Shown piece after piece: positions 59,111 to 64,000 of a stretch of 64,000 nucleotides of DNA. Below the pieces are notes generated by a model. It saw only the letters and a list, made by a program, of their open reading frames with translations, ran no database searches and was not told the origin of the DNA. Source of the stretch: Eubacteriales bacterium (lineage in GTDB: Bacteria > Bacillota > Clostridia > Oscillospirales > CAG-382); NCBI GenBank assembly GCA_045531135.1, contig JAZSDL010000001.1, positions 12,720 to 76,719 on the forward strand, given 5' to 3'. Both the position numbers and the translations under genes were made by a program. Numbering within the stretch: the stretch's first letter is position 1; each line of letters opens with the position of its first letter.

Positions 59111-59128
59111 AAGTAGCAAATTCATCCG

Positions 59129-59161
59129 AAAGCGGCACTCGTTTGTGCCGCTTTATTTTTT
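59129..59161 (+). terminator. Intrinsic terminator after rpmE
   Basis: AAAGCGGCAC...GTGCCGCTTT followed by T-run. Confidence 0.75.
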
Positions 59162-59179
59162 GATGCGAGGTATAGAATT

Positions 59180-60445
59180 ATGGAAAATCTGAATATAACC
59201 GATGAGATCGCCGCATCGCGCGCTCTGCTCGTTTCGGTCTGCACCGATGACAACACGGAGGAGTGTATGCGCTCGCTTGACGAGCTTGCGCGATTGCTCG
59301 AGACCGCAGGCGGCGAGGAGGCGGCGCGCGTGATTCAAAACCGCGTATCTCCCGATAAAGCAACCTATATCGGAAGCGGAAAGGTAAAGGAGATCGCCGA
59401 GCTTATCGAAAACGACGGCGATATCCCTCTGGTCGTTTTTGATAACGAGCTTACGCCCTCTCAGATAGCCAATCTCGAGCGCGAGATACCCAACGTGCGT
59501 GTTATCGACCGAACAATGCTTATTTTGGATATATTTGCGCTCCACGCCGTTACGGGAGAGGGAAAGCTGCAGGTCGAGATCGCGTGTCTTCGCTACACCG
59601 CACCGAGATTGACCGGCAGAGGAAAAGAGCTTTCGCGCTTGGGCGGCGGTATCGGCACAAGAGGCCCCGGTGAATCCAAGCTCGAGAGCGACCGCAGACA
59701 TATAAAGCGCCGTATTACCGCGCTTGCCGAAGAAATAGAAAATATCGAGCGCACCCGTGCCGTAAAGCGTGCATCGCGTGAGCGCTCGGGTATTAAATCC
59801 GCGGCGATAATCGGCTATACAAATGCCGGAAAATCAACGCTTTTGAACACCCTTACCGATGCCGGTATTCTTGCCGAGGATAAGCTTTTTGCAACGCTTG
59901 ATCCCACTACAAGACGTCTCGAGCTTCCGAGCGGAGCCGAGATGCTTTTGACGGACACTGTCGGATTTATCGACCGCTTGCCGACACATCTCGTAAAGGC
60001 GTTCAAATCAACGCTTGAGGAATTGAAATACGCCGATTATATCATTTTGATCACCGATGCGAGCGAGGAAATAACCGAGCGCGAGCGCAAGCGCGAGGTT
60101 ACAAAAAAGCTCATATCCGAGCTTGGTGCGGGCGATAAGCCGATGATCGAGGTGTTTAATAAGTGCGATATCGCTCTGCGCGATACGCCGTATCCCATGG
60201 GAAGCATCGAAATTTCGGCAAGAAGCGGAGAGGGAACGCAGGCGCTTCTCGAAAAATTGGACGAGCTTGTCGCCAGCGGGAAAAGAAAGCTTAAAATGCT
60301 CATTCCTCATTCCGAGGCGGGTACTGTTTCGGAGATATACCGTCTTGCGACCGTTCTGGATTGCGAATATACCGATTCGGGCGCGCTGATAACCGCCGAG
60401 TGCGATGCTCGCGCCTGCGGCACCTTTGAAAAATACGTGATATAG
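59180..60445 (+). CDS. hflX: Ribosome-splitting GTPase HflX
   Basis: DIFALHA, GTRGPGESKLE, GYTNAGKST, LFATLDPT, DTVGF, NKCD. Confidence 0.96.
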   Translation: MENLNITDEIAASRALLVSVCTDDNTEECMRSLDELARLLETAGGEEAARVIQNRVSPDKATYIGSGKVKEIAELIENDGDIPLVVFDNELTPSQIANLEREIPNVRVIDRTMLILDIFALHAVTGEGKLQVEIACLRYTAPRLTGRGKELSRLGGGIGTRGPGESKLESDRRHIKRRITALAEEIENIERTRAVKRASRERSGIKSAAIIGYTNAGKSTLLNTLTDAGILAEDKLFATLDPTTRRLELPSGAEMLLTDTVGFIDRLPTHLVKAFKSTLEELKYADYIILITDASEEITERERKREVTKKLISELGAGDKPMIEVFNKCDIALRDTPYPMGSIEISARSGEGTQALLEKLDELVASGKRKLKMLIPHSEAGTVSEIYRLATVLDCEYTDSGALITAECDARACGTFEKYVI

Positions 60446-60450
60446 ACTTT

Positions 60451-60486
60451 AAAACAGGTTTTCGACGGCAAGAAGACCTGTTTTTT
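60451..60486 (+). terminator. Intrinsic terminator after hflX
   Basis: AAAACAGGTTTTC...GAAGACCTGTTTTTT. Confidence 0.7.
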
Positions 60487-60667
60487 ACATTTTTGGAAAA
60501 ATATCGAAAAATGTATGCCATATATAAAAATATTATATATTTAAGGTAAAAAAGGTTGCATTTTTCGGAATATTGTGTTATTATGTAGTGGATGCTGTGT
60601 GCATTTGGCACAGTAGCCATAGCTTTGTCAAAAAAATGCAATAAATAATGCAGGAGGAACCATTTAA

Positions 60668-61144
60668 ATGGCACTTACCCAAGAACAGATCATGGCAAAG
60701 AATGCCGAACTCGAAGCTTACATTGTCGAACAGAAGGACGTGAAAGGCGCGCTCATTCCCGTAATGCAAAAGGCGCAGGAGCTTTTCGGCTATCTTTCTT
60801 TCGAGACTATGCAGCTTATCTCCGACCGTCTCGACGTACCCGTTTCCGAAATCTACGGCGTTGCGACCTTCTATGCACTCTTTTCGCTCACTCCCAAGGG
60901 AGAATACGTTATCTCGGTATGCACAGGTACGGCTTGCTACGTTAAGGGCGCTGCTGCAGTTCTTGACGAGGTTAAGAATCAGCTCGGTATCGACTCGGGC
61001 GAAACCACTCCCGACGGCAAGTTTTCTATTCAGGATACCCGTTGCCTCGGTTGCTGCGGTCTTGCTCCCGTAATGGTTATCAATAACGACGTTTACGGTC
61101 GTCTTGAACCTGCCGATATCAAGGACATCCTTGCTAAATATTAA
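60668..61144 (+). CDS. hydC: [FeFe]-hydrogenase NuoE-like [2Fe-2S] subunit
   Basis: YGVATFY, VCTGTAC, RCLGCCGLAPV. Confidence 0.9.
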   Translation: MALTQEQIMAKNAELEAYIVEQKDVKGALIPVMQKAQELFGYLSFETMQLISDRLDVPVSEIYGVATFYALFSLTPKGEYVISVCTGTACYVKGAAAVLDEVKNQLGIDSGETTPDGKFSIQDTRCLGCCGLAPVMVINNDVYGRLEPADIKDILAKY

Positions 61145-61169
61145 TTATTACTCGAAAGGAACTGAATAA

Positions 61170-63056
61170 ATGAAAACATTGGCTCAGCTTGCCGAGATCC
61201 GCGAGTCCGCTAAAAAGAGCATCGCGATCCGTATGCAGGATAAATCGCTTTCCGACAATAAAGTAAAAAGACACGTTCTCGTTTGCGGCGGTACCGGTTG
61301 TACCTCCTCGGGTTCTGTGACTATCCGCGAGGTTTTTGAAAAGGAACTCGCAAACAACGGCATTTCCGAAGAGGTTAAGATCGTTCAGACCGGCTGCTTC
61401 GGTCTTTGTGCACTCGGTCCTGTTGTTATCGTATATCCCGAGGGAACCTTCTATTCTCAGGTCACTCCCGAGGACGTTTCCGAGATCGTTACCTCCCACC
61501 TCGTGAACGGCGAGCTCGTTCAGAGATTGGTGTATGACGATATCGGCGGCGGCAAAAAGGCAGACGGCCCCGTTGCACTCAGCGAGACCGGATTCTACAA
61601 GGATCAGAACCGTATTGCACTCCGCAACTGCGGTGTTATCGATCCCGAGAGCATTGATGAGTATATCGCTACCGACGGATATCTCGCATTGGGTAAGGTA
61701 CTTACCGAGATGACTCCCGATGACGTTATCAGCGTAGTGCTTGAGTCCGGCTTGCGCGGCAGAGGCGGCGCCGGCTTCCCGACTGCAAGAAAGTGGCAGT
61801 TTGCCAAGAACAGCGTTTCGGATAAGAAATACGTTGTTTGTAACGCCGACGAGGGCGACCCCGGTGCATTTATGGACCGTTCGGTTCTCGAGGGCGATCC
61901 CCACGCGATCATCGAGGCAATGGCTATCGCCGGCTACGCGATCGGCGCTGACGAGGGCTTTGTTTACGTTCGTGCAGAGTATCCTATCGCAGTTAAGCGC
62001 TTTGCTATCGCTATCGAGCAGGCGCGTGAGTACGGCGTGCTCGGCAAAAACATATTCGGCACCGACTTTAATTTCGATGTAAATATCCGTCTCGGCTCGG
62101 GCGCATTCGTCTGCGGCGAGGAAACCGCACTTCTCACCTCTATCGAGGGTAACCGCGGTGAGCCCAGACCCCGTCCTCCGTTCCCTGCAGTAAAGGGCTT
62201 GTTCGGTCAGCCGACCATCATCAACAACGTTGAAACTCTTGCAAACGTTGCGCAGATCATCAATAAGGGCGCTGATTGGTTCAAGGCAATGGGTACCGAG
62301 AAATCCACCGGTACAAAGGTATTCGCACTCGGCGGCAAGATCAACCACACCGGTCTTGTTGAAATAGATATGGGTACTCCGCTCCGCACCATTATCGAGG
62401 ATATCGGCGGCGGCATCCCCAACGGTAAGAAGTTCAAGGCGGCACAGACCGGCGGTCCCTCCGGCGGATGTATCCCCGCATCTCTTATCGACACCCCCGT
62501 TGATTACGAATCGCTTATGGCTATCGGCTCTATGATGGGCTCGGGCGGTCTTATCGTAATGGACGAGGACAACTGTATGGTTGACATCGCTAAATTCTTC
62601 CTTGAGTTTACTGTTGATGAATCCTGCGATAAATGTACTCCCTGGCGTATCGGTACCAGAAGAATGCTTGACATTCTTAACCGTATCACCGAGGGCAAGG
62701 GTGAAGAAGGCGATATCGAAAAGCTCGAGGAGCTTGCCAACAACATCAAGGCAACCGCGCTCTGCGGTCTTGGTCAGACGGCACCTAACCCCGTTCTTTC
62801 CACCATTCGCTACTTCCGTGATGAATATGAAGCACATATCAGAGAAAAGCGCTGCCCCGCAGGTCAGTGTAAGGCACTCGCAAGATTTGTTATCGACCGT
62901 GATCTCTGTAAGGGCTGCTCGCTCTGTGCGAGAAAGTGTCCCGTTAACGCTATCGAAGGCGTTGTAAAGAGCCCGTTCGTTATCGATCAGGACAAGTGTA
63001 TCAAGTGCGGCACCTGTATCGACAGCTGTAAGTTCGGCGCTATCTCGAAGAAATAA
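61170..63056 (+). CDS. hydB: [FeFe]-hydrogenase NuoF-like FMN/NAD-binding subunit
   Basis: CGGTGC..GCFGLC, GLRGRGGAGFPT, NADEGDPGAF, CGEETAL, C-terminal 2x[4Fe-4S]; the N3-type motif reads CDKCTPW. Confidence 0.92.
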   Translation: MKTLAQLAEIRESAKKSIAIRMQDKSLSDNKVKRHVLVCGGTGCTSSGSVTIREVFEKELANNGISEEVKIVQTGCFGLCALGPVVIVYPEGTFYSQVTPEDVSEIVTSHLVNGELVQRLVYDDIGGGKKADGPVALSETGFYKDQNRIALRNCGVIDPESIDEYIATDGYLALGKVLTEMTPDDVISVVLESGLRGRGGAGFPTARKWQFAKNSVSDKKYVVCNADEGDPGAFMDRSVLEGDPHAIIEAMAIAGYAIGADEGFVYVRAEYPIAVKRFAIAIEQAREYGVLGKNIFGTDFNFDVNIRLGSGAFVCGEETALLTSIEGNRGEPRPRPPFPAVKGLFGQPTIINNVETLANVAQIINKGADWFKAMGTEKSTGTKVFALGGKINHTGLVEIDMGTPLRTIIEDIGGGIPNGKKFKAAQTGGPSGGCIPASLIDTPVDYESLMAIGSMMGSGGLIVMDEDNCMVDIAKFFLEFTVDESCDKCTPWRIGTRRMLDILNRITEGKGEEGDIEKLEELANNIKATALCGLGQTAPNPVLSTIRYFRDEYEAHIREKRCPAGQCKALARFVIDRDLCKGCSLCARKCPVNAIEGVVKSPFVIDQDKCIKCGTCIDSCKFGAISKK

Positions 63057-63069
63057 GGAGGACGGATAA

Positions 63070-64000
63070 ATGAACAAAGTTAATCTTACAATAGACGGCG
63101 TACAGATCGAGGTACCCGCTAATTATACCATTCTCGAGGCTGCCCGTGAGGCACATATCAATATTCCGACTCTTTGTTATCTCAAGGATACCAACGAGAT
63201 CGGTGCATGCCGTCTCTGCCTTGTAGAGATCAAGGGCGCGCGTGCGCTTCAGGCAGCTTGCGTATCTCCCGTAGGCGAGGGCATGGAGGTATGCACCAAT
63301 AACGAAAAGCTCCGTAAGGCAAGAAAGATCAATCTTGAGCTTATTCTTTCCAACCACAACCGCGAGTGTACTTCCTGCGTAAGAAGCGGCAACTGCGAGC
63401 TTCAGCAGCTTTGTAAGGAGTACGGCGTTGAGGGTTATCCCTTCGACGGCGACAAATCTGAGGCAACTATCGACGAGATCAGCCCCTCTATCGTTCGCGA
63501 TAACACCAAGTGTATCTCCTGCAGACGCTGTGTTGCAGCTTGTAACAAGGTTCAGAAGATCGGCGCTATCGGCGTTTCGAAGCGCGGCTTCAACACCACC
63601 GTCGGCTGTATCTACGGTATGAGTCTTGCAGACAGCCCCTGCGTAAACTGCGGTCAGTGTATTCTCGCTTGCCCTGTCGGCGCATTGCACGAAAAGGACA
63701 GCATAGATGATGTATATGCGGCTATCGCAGATCCCACCAAGCATGTTGTTGTTCAGCCCGCTCCCGCGGTAAGAGCTACTCTCGGCGAGGAATTTGGTAT
63801 GGAGATCGGTACCTCTGTTACCGGCAAGCTCGTATCTTCGCTCCGCCGCCTCGGCTTTGATAAGGTATTTGATACCGACTTTGCGGCAGACCTTACCATT
63901 ATGGAGGAGGGGACCGAGCTTCTCGGCCGTCTCAATAACGGCGGCAAGCTCCCCATGATCACCTCCTGCTCGCCCGGCTGGATCAAGTACTGCGAGGAGT
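63070..64000 (+). CDS. hydA: [FeFe]-hydrogenase catalytic subunit, 3'-truncated (absent from ORF track)
   Basis: Hand translation: MNKVNLTIDG..IPTLCY..GACRLC..NHNRECTSC..C, two ferredoxin motifs, ADLTIMEEG, H-cluster L1 motif TSCSPGW. Confidence 0.93.
   Translation, partial: MNKVNLTIDGVQIEVPANYTILEAAREAHINIPTLCYLKDTNEIGACRLCLVEIKGARALQAACVSPVGEGMEVCTNNEKLRKARKINLELILSNHNRECTSCVRSGNCELQQLCKEYGVEGYPFDGDKSEATIDEISPSIVRDNTKCISCRRCVAACNKVQKIGAIGVSKRGFNTTVGCIYGMSLADSPCVNCGQCILACPVGALHEKDSIDDVYAAIADPTKHVVVQPAPAVRATLGEEFGMEIGTSVTGKLVSSLRRLGFDKVFDTDFAADLTIMEEGTELLGRLNNGGKLPMITSCSPGWIKYCEE

Noticed and set aside
60624-60642. Possible Rex operator upstream of hydC (TTGTCAAAAAAATGCAA)
   Set aside because: Right arm and spacing fit TTGTGAA-N4-TTCACAA poorly
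61134-63744. 647-aa and 234-aa minus-strand ORFs
   Set aside because: Antisense shadows of hydB and hydA, explained by biased codon usage

Overview
Core-genome window of a Clostridia-class Firmicute. Oscillospirales/Ruminococcus-like affinity is inferred from a dockerin, SCIFF ranthipeptide genes, spoVT and Firmicute-type SOS boxes. Left to right: a 5'-truncated dockerin-bearing cysteine-peptidase-like protein; SOS-regulated dinB; two hydrolases; an AraC + glycyl-radical enzyme (atypical GCWE Cys loop) + activase cassette bounded by two near-identical 24-bp palindromes; a Fic/Doc-like protein lacking the catalytic His, with a likely operator; spoVT; a metal permease; a LytTR regulatory pair; an LRR surface protein; GNAT; asd. 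A ~14 kb Wzy-dependent polysaccharide locus (17.7-31.7 kb) follows, containing a sortase-type substrate next to the LCP gene and a radical SAM/SPASM enzyme. Then an ASKHA/RACo protein; SulP; a tandem array of three mosaic cell-surface proteins joined by a ~285-bp direct repeat; secA; mnmE-mnmG-rsmG-Nudix-small alarmone synthetase-5'-nucleotidase; a 241-bp MITE-like insertion with a 27-bp duplicated terminator; the SCIFF pair (precursor missing from the ORF track) coupled to a PLP decarboxylase; a GHL10-like hydrolase; rpmE; hflX; and a trimeric [FeFe]-hydrogenase operon whose HydB has a Cys-to-Trp change in an Fe-S motif. No rRNA, tRNA, CRISPR array, integrase or transposase was seen. All calls come from motif recognition by eye; no database searches were run.
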